In this document: one piece after another, positions 56,296-64,000 of the stretch | How positions within the stretch are numbered: position 1 is the first letter of the stretch | How the letters are laid out: the number at the start of each line of letters is the position of its first letter | NCBI RefSeq assembly: GCF_009696045.1 | Contig: NZ_VUMT01000013.1 | Location: 14,816 to 78,815, forward strand | Origin: Velocimicrobium porci | GTDB lineage: Bacteria > Bacillota > Clostridia > Lachnospirales > Lachnospiraceae | Reading direction: 5' to 3' | DNA length: 64,000 bases | Position numbers and translations under genes: made by a program | Notes under the pieces: generated by a model | Database searches by the model: none | Told to the model about the DNA's origin: nothing | What the model saw: only the letters and a program-made list of their open reading frames with translations

Positions 56296-56558
56296 TTTGG
56301 TCATCTCCTCATTTTTTCTATTCACATCTTATTAGTTTTTCCAAAAATTTTGTCTTCTTACAGTGCATAGTAATTACTATACCACTTTCTCTCTCAAATG
56401 TCTTAAGCAAATAGAAAAATTTTCAGATATTCCATGCCTTAAATATTAACTGCTCCTAATACGCTAAATAACTTACGCACATTTATTAATACACTTCTCT
56501 CCCTAATCTCCCATTTCATATTACTACACTTGGTTTTCATACTATGTAGAACCCAATC

Positions 56559-56672
56559 TTATAAATTTTCTGGCTCTTTTGGCTGTTTCATTGCCCACAA
56601 AGAAGCTGAGCCAGCAGCTGCATGAGCTACATGAATACCCAAAAGTGACAATAGTTTTTGCAATAATTGCAT
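56559..56672 (-). CDS. agrD: candidate AgrD autoinducing-peptide precursor (37 aa, not in the ORF track)
   Basis: Manual translation gives MQLLQKLLSLLGIHVAHAAAGSASLWAMKQPKEPENL. The RBS is AAGGAGGTGGAG, 7 nt upstream. The gene lies 78 bp downstream of agrB. It has an amphipathic N-terminal leader and a charged C-terminal tail, but no cysteine. Confidence 0.45.
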   Translation of the reverse strand: MQLLQKLLSLLGIHVAHAAAGSASLWAMKQPKEPENL

Positions 56673-56750
56673 TTTCTCCACCTCCTTAACAATACTAATC
56701 ACCAATACACAAAATATAACTCCCTAAATTTTATGGTTATACATTTGCAA

Positions 56751-57332
56751 CTATTTACTCACAGCCTCCCTTCCGTAAATTTCCTTTATCATTAAAATTG
56801 CAACCATAAATAAAGTTACAATTATCATGATACCAATCTCACTATGTTTTAATACCAACATAATTCCTGAAACACTCCAAAATGCCATAAGCGCCTGGCT
56901 AATCTTTCTGCACTTTTTTTTCTTTTGAACTGTTAAAATCTTATTAGGATTTTCTATTGGTGCAAACCATATGGTACAGACACAATAGACTGTAAGCATT
57001 AGGAATAGAAAAATTGTACTTCCACCCGACTCTTTTAAAATATATACTACGCTTTCATAAATTAAGAATGTCATAGCCAAGCATAAATTACATGCCAAAT
57101 AAGTCTGAGCATGATAACCACCCGTATACATTCTCGTAATAACAAAAACTACAAGAAATACTATTCCTTCTTTAAGGCTGCCACTTAATACACTTAAAAG
57201 TAATACTATTGTATAGCCAACAATAGTAGAAATTAAAACTTCGTAACCGTATTGACAAATCGCCCGTTCTTCTTCCTTTATACAGTTTTTAGATACTAAA
57301 AAATCAGCCATCATTTTTGCAATTATTTCCAT
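56751..57332 (-). CDS. agrB: accessory gene regulator protein B (AgrB peptidase)
   Basis: A polytopic 193-aa protein with RMYTGGYHA, matching the AgrB catalytic His/Cys region. Confidence 0.8.
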   Translation of the reverse strand: MEIIAKMMADFLVSKNCIKEEERAICQYGYEVLISTIVGYTIVLLLSVLSGSLKEGIVFLVVFVITRMYTGGYHAQTYLACNLCLAMTFLIYESVVYILKESGGSTIFLFLMLTVYCVCTIWFAPIENPNKILTVQKKKKCRKISQALMAFWSVSGIMLVLKHSEIGIMIIVTLFMVAILMIKEIYGREAVSK

Positions 57333-57383
57333 AAAACATCTCCCTTAGCAATATGATAACTGATTTTAAAATAAATTCAATAG

Positions 57384-57422
57384 TTTTGGCATACTTGGTA
57401 AGTTTTTGGCATAGTTGGTATC
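57384..57422 (-). promoter_or_regulatory. tandem direct repeats upstream of agrB (candidate LytTR/AgrA-type binding site)
   Basis: TTTTGGCATACTTGGTAAG and TTTTGGCATAGTTGGTATC are 20 bp apart start-to-start, ending ~50 bp upstream of the agrB start. Confidence 0.4.
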
Positions 57423-57470
57423 TTTTTCCTAGTTTTTTCCAAAATCCTATAGGAATTTCTATTCCTTTTT

Positions 57471-58814
57471 TTATAAAACAACATCACTATTTGTATTTGG
57501 CAAAAAAATATGTGTTATAAACCACCCATTTTTTTCATATTGTGTCATCATTCCTTCTTCCTCTTCTAATATCTGTTTAATACTTTTTAATCCATATCCA
57601 TGTAATTTCTTCTCTGATTTCGTTGTTCTCAACCCCGGATTAATTTTTAATACAGAGGTCTCAATAGAATTTTTAACACATATATCCAAATAGCCTTTTT
57701 GATTTGCAGAACTTATTACTATTCTAGGCTTTTTATCCTCCATTTTTTCACAAGCCTCCATTGCATTATCAAGTAAATTAGATATAATTATTCCCAAATT
57801 TAATGGGTTCTTATACCTTAACTCACCAAGAAATGCTGTTTCACAAGAAATTCCTTTTTCTCTGCAGATTGTAAATTTTGTGTTAATCACCGCATTAATT
57901 GTAGCATCACCAACATCTACAACCTCTAATATTAATTCTACCTTATTCTTTAAAAGCGAATTTAGATATTCTATAGCCTCTTCTGTATTTCCTTTTTGAA
58001 GAATACCAAGTGTAGTACTCAAATAATTTTTAATATCATGTCTTATTATTTGAAGTTGTTCAAATTCTTTTTCCCTATCTTCTAATAGTTGCCTTTGGCT
58101 TTTCTGACTTAATAGAATGCACTCATATTCTAATTGTCTTTCATGCACTGTATTTAACTGAAGCAGCATGAGGTATAATCCGACCAAAATGGCAAATAAG
58201 CCAAGATTAATTATTAAGACAAAAATTGCAATTCTTTCCTCAAACAACTGAGTTCTCATAATGACTAATAACGCAATTTCAATCATCAGGATTACAATAA
58301 AAGACCCCGCCATAATAAACCACTCTCGTCTTTGGAGCCGATTCGAAGAGCGTTTTAAAAAATGTAAAGCAGAAATAATCGAAAAATAATACACAATTTT
58401 ACATATTAAAACTACAATTACACGAATAATTCCCTTCCCTGGTTCCATCATTGAAGAAATTGGAATCCCCATTAACAAATTAACACCCAAAGGAACCAAC
58501 ATATTAATTAACCCTAATAATATGTATGCAACTGAAGCCGATATAAATATATCTTTTTTATTCCCGTCTATGCAAAGACACCCATATAACAAATAGCATA
58601 CAAATATAATAGCCGTCACACATTCCGTTAAAAATGAGTTATCATTTACGGCAATCATTCCGCAAAGCGTACAAAAAATAAAAAAAATTATTCTTCCCTG
58701 TACAATCTTTTCACTTTTTTTATTTTCACTGACAAAATGTTCAATAAAATACATTAAGATATAGCTGTCAATTACACAAGCCAAAACCTCAAATCCCCAA
58801 TAAACGATGCTCAT
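57471..58814 (-). CDS. agrC: AgrC-like (HPK10) sensor histidine kinase
   Basis: A multi-TM N-terminal sensor is followed by an RHDIKNYL H-box and a C-terminal GHKL ATPase (HGYGLKSIKQILEEEEG). A 4-bp overlap joins it to the upstream response regulator. Confidence 0.8.
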   Translation of the reverse strand: MSIVYWGFEVLACVIDSYILMYFIEHFVSENKKSEKIVQGRIIFFIFCTLCGMIAVNDNSFLTECVTAIIFVCYLLYGCLCIDGNKKDIFISASVAYILLGLINMLVPLGVNLLMGIPISSMMEPGKGIIRVIVVLICKIVYYFSIISALHFLKRSSNRLQRREWFIMAGSFIVILMIEIALLVIMRTQLFEERIAIFVLIINLGLFAILVGLYLMLLQLNTVHERQLEYECILLSQKSQRQLLEDREKEFEQLQIIRHDIKNYLSTTLGILQKGNTEEAIEYLNSLLKNKVELILEVVDVGDATINAVINTKFTICREKGISCETAFLGELRYKNPLNLGIIISNLLDNAMEACEKMEDKKPRIVISSANQKGYLDICVKNSIETSVLKINPGLRTTKSEKKLHGYGLKSIKQILEEEEGMMTQYEKNGWFITHIFLPNTNSDVVL

Positions 58815-59572
58815 TGGTATCTCCTCCCCATATACTCAGCCAATTGTTGTTTAACTTCCTCTTTTTTGCTCCGGCTTAAAGGAATGCTGATTTTATTTTC
58901 TAGCAGTAGCTCTTTATCTCCAACAAGATAAACCCATTCCGGATTTACTAAAAAACTGACATGAGGTCTTAAGAAATTGTATTGACCAAACTGTTCTTCC
59001 ATCTCTTTCATCGTTTCACGAATTTTATATTGTTTTTCGGCTGTATTAATAAAAATCCAGTGTCCTTTTACTTCCAAATATAAAATATCTTTTATACTTA
59101 TATTTCTCATAATTTTCTTGTCTTCAAACGTATAAACCATTCTGGACTGCAATATCTGTTCTTTGGCCGAAAGGTACGCCTCTTCTAATTCTTCCTCTAA
59201 ATATTGTTTTCTTATAAATCGAAATGGTGCATAATATAAAGATTGAAATACTTTATTTTCATAATTGGTAATAAATATCAGTAAGCTCTCTCGGCCGAGC
59301 TCTCGAATCCTTTTAGCAAGTTCCATACCATTCAGATTCGGCATTTCAATATCCAGACAAATAATATCAAAATCTTCTTGCTGAACTTTCTTTAAAAGTA
59401 CTTCACCATTAGTAAAAGTTTTTATTTTTAACTCGGAATCATCAGAAATAGAAAGTAACTTTTCCTTTTCCAATGATACCATTGTTTCTTCATCGTCACA
59501 TATTGCAACGCTAATCACATGCTCACCTACTTGTCCTAGTTCTCGATAATAAAAGATTACCACATTTTTCAA
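58811..59572 (-). CDS. agrA: LytTR-family response regulator (AgrA-like)
   Basis: A receiver domain (VAICDDE...DFDIICLDIEMPNLNG) plus a C-terminal LytTR DNA-binding domain. The true start may be the internal GTG near 59512, which has an AGGTGA RBS. Confidence 0.8.
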   Translation of the reverse strand: MKNVVIFYYRELGQVGEHVISVAICDDEETMVSLEKEKLLSISDDSELKIKTFTNGEVLLKKVQQEDFDIICLDIEMPNLNGMELAKRIRELGRESLLIFITNYENKVFQSLYYAPFRFIRKQYLEEELEEAYLSAKEQILQSRMVYTFEDKKIMRNISIKDILYLEVKGHWIFINTAEKQYKIRETMKEMEEQFGQYNFLRPHVSFLVNPEWVYLVGDKELLLENKISIPLSRSKKEEVKQQLAEYMGRRYQ

Positions 59573-59596
59573 ATATCATCTACTAATAAAACATAA

Positions 59597-59654
59597 AAAA
59601 ATGCAAATACAACTCTGAGTAAATATTCTTTCCCAAAATCATATTTGCATTTTT
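59597..59654. promoter_or_regulatory. 13-bp perfect inverted repeat between the sulfur-redox gene stop and the agr operon
   Basis: AAAAATGCAAATA(N32)TATTTGCATTTTT. On the minus strand it is followed by a T-run. It could be a terminator for 59669..60622 or an operator upstream of the agr operon. Confidence 0.4.
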
Positions 59655-59668
59655 ATAATATTACAACT

Positions 59669-60622
59669 TTAGCAAGTAGCCCCGCCTGTCATGTGTAAGT
59701 CGGCATCAAGAATTTCCTGTTTTCGCTCTAATAACTCATCGGATAGGAGCAGGGCTTCTACCTTATCAAAACCAACCCGATCGATTGTTTGTGAAAAACG
59801 CTCTCCTGTCTTTCCCTGTTCCCGATAAAATAGAATTGCCTTTTCAATTACATTTAACGCTTCTTCTTTATCTTTAAAGATTTTTCCAAGTGCTTTTCCC
59901 TGGGCAACTTTCTTTCCCCAGCGACCGCCGATATAAATTTTGTATCCTTGTACTCCATCTTCAATCGCATCAAAATGACAATTTCCGATGCAGCGACCGC
60001 AATTATTACAGACAGCTTTATCTATATTAAGAATACCATCCTGAACCTTCGCCGCCCCAACCGGACAGGCTTTCTCGATTGAACATTTTTTACAACCATT
60101 ACAGCTGTCCTCATCAAAATTGGGAATCCGCTGACCAATAATACCAAGGTCATTTAAATCTGGTTTTACACAGTTGTTAGGACATCCTCCAACTGCAATT
60201 TTAAACTTATGAGGCAGGCGAACAGAAGAATAACCTTCAAAAAAACGATGGTGAATCTCTTCTGATAATTCAAATGTATCAATCAGACCATATTGGCACG
60301 TTGTTCCTTTGCATGATACAATCGGACGTACTTTTGAGCCAGTACCTCCTGTAACTAACCCTTCCTTTGCAATATACGCTCTAAAATCTTCAATCTTATC
60401 ATATGGAATTCCCTGTACTTCAACTGTCAGGCGTGTTGTAAATGTAACAATCCCATTTCCAAACAATTCCGCTGCCTCTGCAATGCATTTATGCTGAGCA
60501 GCCGTAATTTTCCCGTTTATTGTAATAATTCTTCCAGAAAAATTATCTGTTCCTTTGTTACTTAAAAATCCTAACGCTTTTACTCTCTTTTCATCTTCTG
60601 CACTTACTGTTAATGTTGCCAT
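59669..60622 (-). CDS. small sulfite/nitrite-reductase-family protein with ferredoxin-like 4Fe-4S domain (Dsr-like protein / AsrC-like)
   Basis: The siroheme-Fe4S4 coupling cysteines (SCKGTTCQ...GCPNNC) are present, plus an inserted ferredoxin domain with CNGCKKCSIEKACP and CNNCGRCIGNC. Confidence 0.6.
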   Translation of the reverse strand: MATLTVSAEDEKRVKALGFLSNKGTDNFSGRIITINGKITAAQHKCIAEAAELFGNGIVTFTTRLTVEVQGIPYDKIEDFRAYIAKEGLVTGGTGSKVRPIVSCKGTTCQYGLIDTFELSEEIHHRFFEGYSSVRLPHKFKIAVGGCPNNCVKPDLNDLGIIGQRIPNFDEDSCNGCKKCSIEKACPVGAAKVQDGILNIDKAVCNNCGRCIGNCHFDAIEDGVQGYKIYIGGRWGKKVAQGKALGKIFKDKEEALNVIEKAILFYREQGKTGERFSQTIDRVGFDKVEALLLSDELLERKQEILDADLHMTGGATC

Positions 60623-60642
60623 CCATATCCTCCTTTATGTTC

Positions 60643-62271
60643 TTAAAATAGCTCCACTTCATTAAAAGTAGTTCCGCCTTCTAACACTAATGTGTTGGTA
60701 TAACCATAGTATTTTAATCTGTTTTGAAGCATATAAGCTCTTTTTCCTTTTGTACATACAAGTAATAACTTTGCATCTTTTTTATAATCGGGAAGTTCTC
60801 CCTCCACATCAATCAAATTTATAAATGGTGCCCCCTCAATAGAAGGTGTCATAGAAGCATCAATTATTTGATAGCCTTCTGCTTTTCCCTCTTTGTATTC
60901 CATTGGAGTCATTGTTTCAAACGTACCATCCATTTTATTGAGCAAAATATTAACGGTATGTGAAAATGGGTGAATTGCCGTAGAAAATGGTGGTGCATAA
61001 GCCAAATCCATATGCTCCAGCTGATTTAATGTTGCCTCCATCGTAATCGCCGTAACAGCAATATCAACTATTTTATCAACCTCGCCCTTTCCGGCAACTT
61101 GAATGCCCAACAGTTTCTTCGTTTCCTTCTCGGCAATCATTTTTATAATAAAATTAGATGCCCCCGGATAGTAATGAGCCTTATCGTCAACCACAGTAAT
61201 TACGCTGACAAAATCGTAACCTGCATCTTTTGCTGCCTGTTCTGTAAGACCAGTTCGCCCTACATTTAAACCTGGTAATTTGGCAACACCAGTTCCAAGC
61301 ACCCCCGGATATACATGAAGTCCTCCACTGATATTTTTTGCCACAAGACGTCCCTCAATATTGGCAGAAGAACCCATTGGAGACCAGTGAGGAGCTTTTG
61401 TAATTCTGTTTGTAACACAGGCACAATCTCCTAAAGCATAAATATCCTCATCATTTGTCTGCAGATATTCATTTACCTTTACCGTATTATTTGGCATACG
61501 CTCAATTCCTGTATTTTCTAAAAACTCTGTATTTGGTCGGATTCCCAAAGATAAAATGACAGCATCTGCCTTCATTGCCCGTCTGCTTGTCACTACTTTT
61601 TCTACCTTTTCTTCTCCAGCAATTCCTTCCAGTGCAGTATTGGTAAATGTCATAATTCCACGGTCTGCCAATTGATTTTCAACATATTCTGCAAACTCAC
61701 TATCAAATCCAGGAAGAATATGCGGTGCCATATCAATCACGGATACTTTTATTCCTTTCGAAGCAAGGTTTTCGGCTATCTCTAAACCGATAAAACCACC
61801 ACCGGCGACAACTGCCCTTTTAAGTTCGCCACGTTCTACTGCAGAACGCAATGCAACTGCATCTTCCGGTGTCCTCATGAAGTAAACACCAGCTAACTCG
61901 ATACCCTCAACCGATGGCTTCACCGGGGAAGCTCCAGAAGCAATCACCAGCTTATCATACTTATAGAAAGATTTTTCATTTGTTTTGCAATTAACCGCTT
62001 CAATTATTTTTTCCTCGCGATTTAAACTAACTACTTCAGTTCCCGTTATTACTTCTGCACCAGTTAACTTCGCAAATTTTTGAGGGGTATTTACAATCAG
62101 TTGTTCCCTCTCATGAATTAAATCTCCTACATAATAAGGAAGACCACAGCCGGCATAAGAAATATCATCACTTTTTGTGATAATTGTAACTTTAATATCC
62201 CTGTTCTCTCTCTTTAATTTTGCTGCCACTTTTGTTCCGGCAGCAACACCTCCAATAACTATAACGTTCAC
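60643..62271 (-). CDS. CoA-disulfide reductase / NADH oxidase fused to a C-terminal rhodanese domain (CoADR-RHD, NAD(P)H persulfide/polysulfide reductase-like)
   Basis: A GGVAAG FAD site and an SYAGCGLPYY redox cysteine are present, plus a second NAD(P) site, GGGFIG. The C-terminal rhodanese Cys loop reads LVCTKGKRA. Confidence 0.75.
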   Translation of the reverse strand: MNVIVIGGVAAGTKVAAKLKRENRDIKVTIITKSDDISYAGCGLPYYVGDLIHEREQLIVNTPQKFAKLTGAEVITGTEVVSLNREEKIIEAVNCKTNEKSFYKYDKLVIASGASPVKPSVEGIELAGVYFMRTPEDAVALRSAVERGELKRAVVAGGGFIGLEIAENLASKGIKVSVIDMAPHILPGFDSEFAEYVENQLADRGIMTFTNTALEGIAGEEKVEKVVTSRRAMKADAVILSLGIRPNTEFLENTGIERMPNNTVKVNEYLQTNDEDIYALGDCACVTNRITKAPHWSPMGSSANIEGRLVAKNISGGLHVYPGVLGTGVAKLPGLNVGRTGLTEQAAKDAGYDFVSVITVVDDKAHYYPGASNFIIKMIAEKETKKLLGIQVAGKGEVDKIVDIAVTAITMEATLNQLEHMDLAYAPPFSTAIHPFSHTVNILLNKMDGTFETMTPMEYKEGKAEGYQIIDASMTPSIEGAPFINLIDVEGELPDYKKDAKLLLVCTKGKRAYMLQNRLKYYGYTNTLVLEGGTTFNEVELF

Positions 62272-62439
62272 TTGACCACATCCCTTTTTCTATTTTGTAC
62301 TTTTTATCATCTTTAGTTACTCTGGTTACTTTTCTTAACGCCATTATAACACTTGTTTAACTTTTTAAAAAGTGATATTATTCTATTATAATCATAGGTA
62401 AAACCTATTAATATTTAATAACTATGGGGACTATTTAAA

Positions 62440-63363
62440 ATGACAATCCGACATCTGAAAATTTTTATCGAAGTGGCAGATTCAGGAAAAATGAGTCTTG
62501 CAGCTGCTAAGTTTTATATTTCACAGCCTACCGTCAGTCAGGCAATCCGGGAATTAGAAGAGCATTATGGTGTTTTACTTTTTGAGCGTCTTTCCAAGCG
62601 TCTTTATATTACTCCTGAAGGTAAAAAGTTGCTCTCATATGCCAGACAGGCAGTAAAACAATTTGACGAACTGGAGGAGGCAATGCAAATCACCAATCAA
62701 ACAAGGCAAATCCGAATCGGTTCTACTATTACAGTTGGTGTCTGTCTTTTGCCAACTATTATTAACGATTTAAAAAAACAATATCCAGATTCAGAAACTT
62801 ATTCCTTTGTCAGTAATACAAGAACAATTGAACAAAAATTATTGCAGTCTGAACTTGATGTCGGGCTTGTAGAGGGTACAATTAAGCACCGGGATTTGGT
62901 CAGTATTCCAATGATTGACGATTTCCTGGTTCTTGCCTGCAGCCCCAGCCACCCGTTTGCCACTAAAAAAACACTTCATCTCAATGAACTTGCAGACCAG
63001 GCATTTGTAATGCGAGAGCAGGGAAGTGGAACAAGGGAGTTATTTGAACAATACCTTAACAAATTTCATATTCCAATAAAAATAGCAGAAGAAGCCAATT
63101 GTCCGGGAGCAATTAAATATGCCATCCTTTTAAACCAGTATCTTTCTGCTATATCAATTCGTCTTTTAAAAGATGAAATAAACGAAAATAAAATCCATGT
63201 TATAAAAAATCATGAAAACGAATGGAACCGCCATTTTTATCTTGTATATCATAAAGATAAAGTCTTTTCTGATATGCTTTATTGTTTTACGGACATCGTA
63301 AAGGAATATAAAAGTCCTGAATTTTTAGACGGTTTACAAATGGGAGAATTGACAAGATTCTAA
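62440..63363 (+). CDS. LysR-family transcriptional regulator
   Basis: The N-terminal HTH reads MTIRHLKIFIEVADSGKMSLAAAKFYISQPTVSQAIRELEEHYGVLLFER. It is divergent from the CoADR-RHD gene. Confidence 0.85.
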   Translation: MTIRHLKIFIEVADSGKMSLAAAKFYISQPTVSQAIRELEEHYGVLLFERLSKRLYITPEGKKLLSYARQAVKQFDELEEAMQITNQTRQIRIGSTITVGVCLLPTIINDLKKQYPDSETYSFVSNTRTIEQKLLQSELDVGLVEGTIKHRDLVSIPMIDDFLVLACSPSHPFATKKTLHLNELADQAFVMREQGSGTRELFEQYLNKFHIPIKIAEEANCPGAIKYAILLNQYLSAISIRLLKDEINENKIHVIKNHENEWNRHFYLVYHKDKVFSDMLYCFTDIVKEYKSPEFLDGLQMGELTRF

Positions 63364-63392
63364 AATGTTGTATTCCTCTAATCTTACAGGAT

Positions 63393-64000
63393 TTACAAAA
63401 ATAATATATGGATTTTTCCATTTTTGTCTTTCACAATCTCCGTTTCCACCTCGTATACTTCACGTAAAAACTTTGGTGTTAAAATCTCTTCAGGACTTCC
63501 TTGCCCAACAATTTCTCCATTTTTTAACACATATAAGTAATTACAGTATGCCACAGCAATGTTTAAGTCATGAATTGCAGCAAGTATCGTAATTCCAAGA
63601 TTCTTTACAATCTCCATCAACTGCAGCTGGTGCGTTATATCTAAATGATTCGTGGGCTCATCCAAAATCAGGCATGAAGTATCCTGTGCTAATGCCCGTG
63701 CAAGAATTACCCTTTGCTGCTCTCCACCTGACAATGTAGAAAAACTGCGGTTAATAAACCTCTCCATTCCAACTCTCTTCAACGCCTCATGAGCAATCTC
63801 ATAATCCTTTGCATTATCCCTCTCAAATATTTTCTTATGAGGTGAACGCCCCATTAATACAACTTCAAGAACTGTAAATTCAAAGTTATAATAATTATGT
63901 TGTGCTACAACTGCCATTTTTTTTGCAGAAGCACGAACACTTATATCCTGTAGCCTTTCCCCATCTAACCAGATACATCCTTCCTTAGGTTTCAATACCC
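63393..64000 (-). CDS. ABC transporter ATP-binding protein (iron-siderophore/cobalamin FecE/BtuD-like), partial, N-terminus beyond the window
   Basis: LSGGEQQRVILARAL signature, ILDEPTNHLD Walker B and H-loop IHDLN are present. The ORF is open to the window edge. Confidence 0.8.
   Translation of the reverse strand, partial: VLKPKEGCIWLDGERLQDISVRASAKKMAVVAQHNYYNFEFTVLEVVLMGRSPHKKIFERDNAKDYEIAHEALKRVGMERFINRSFSTLSGGEQQRVILARALAQDTSCLILDEPTNHLDITHQLQLMEIVKNLGITILAAIHDLNIAVAYCNYLYVLKNGEIVGQGSPEEILTPKFLREVYEVETEIVKDKNGKIHILFL

Noticed and set aside
63365-63592. 75-aa plus-strand ORF after the LysR gene
   Set aside because: Fully overlapped in antisense by a well-supported ABC ATPase gene.

Overview
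This looks like a low-GC Firmicutes chromosome segment, probably Clostridia or Lachnospiraceae (inference). The evidence is a type-Z S14, ecfA-ecfA'-ecfT after rplQ, a pspA-ydjGHI-like operon, and strongly AT-rich codon usage. The backbone is the S10-spc-alpha ribosomal protein cluster on the minus strand, running rpsJ (25658) through rplQ (3077). It includes secY, adk, map, infA, rpmJ and rpoA, followed by ecfA1, ecfA2 and a partial ecfT.

The standout feature is a ~6.1 kb AT-rich insertion (6674..12770) that splits the normally adjacent infA and rpmJ. It carries a GntR/HutC regulator, a TTG-start hypothetical ORF, and a 916-aa extremely lysine-rich protein. That protein has a pre-toxin-TG-like motif and a short C-terminal module, and is followed 1 bp later by a small acidic ORF. 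This is a polymorphic toxin/immunity-like pair without a recognisable secretion or LXG head. The insertion also holds one more hypothetical and a 670-bp non-coding block.

Other accessory content:
- An agr-type quorum-sensing locus in the unusual order LytTR response regulator, AgrC-like kinase, AgrB, then a cysteine-less 37-aa AgrD candidate found by manual translation. Tandem direct repeats sit upstream of agrB.
- A 5'-truncated MacB-type ABC ATPase remnant fused to a perfect consensus sigma-A promoter.
- A sulfur-redox pair, a Dsr-like small sulfite-reductase-family protein plus a CoA-disulfide-reductase/rhodanese fusion, under a divergent LysR regulator.
- A pspA-ydjG/H/I-like envelope-stress operon.
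- A beta-glucoside PTS with phospho-beta-glucosidase and a LacI regulator.
- A GH114-like glycosidase paired with a secreted protein, and an orphan ribbon-helix-helix gene with a consensus promoter.

No tRNA or rRNA genes, CRISPR arrays, transposases or integrases were recognised.
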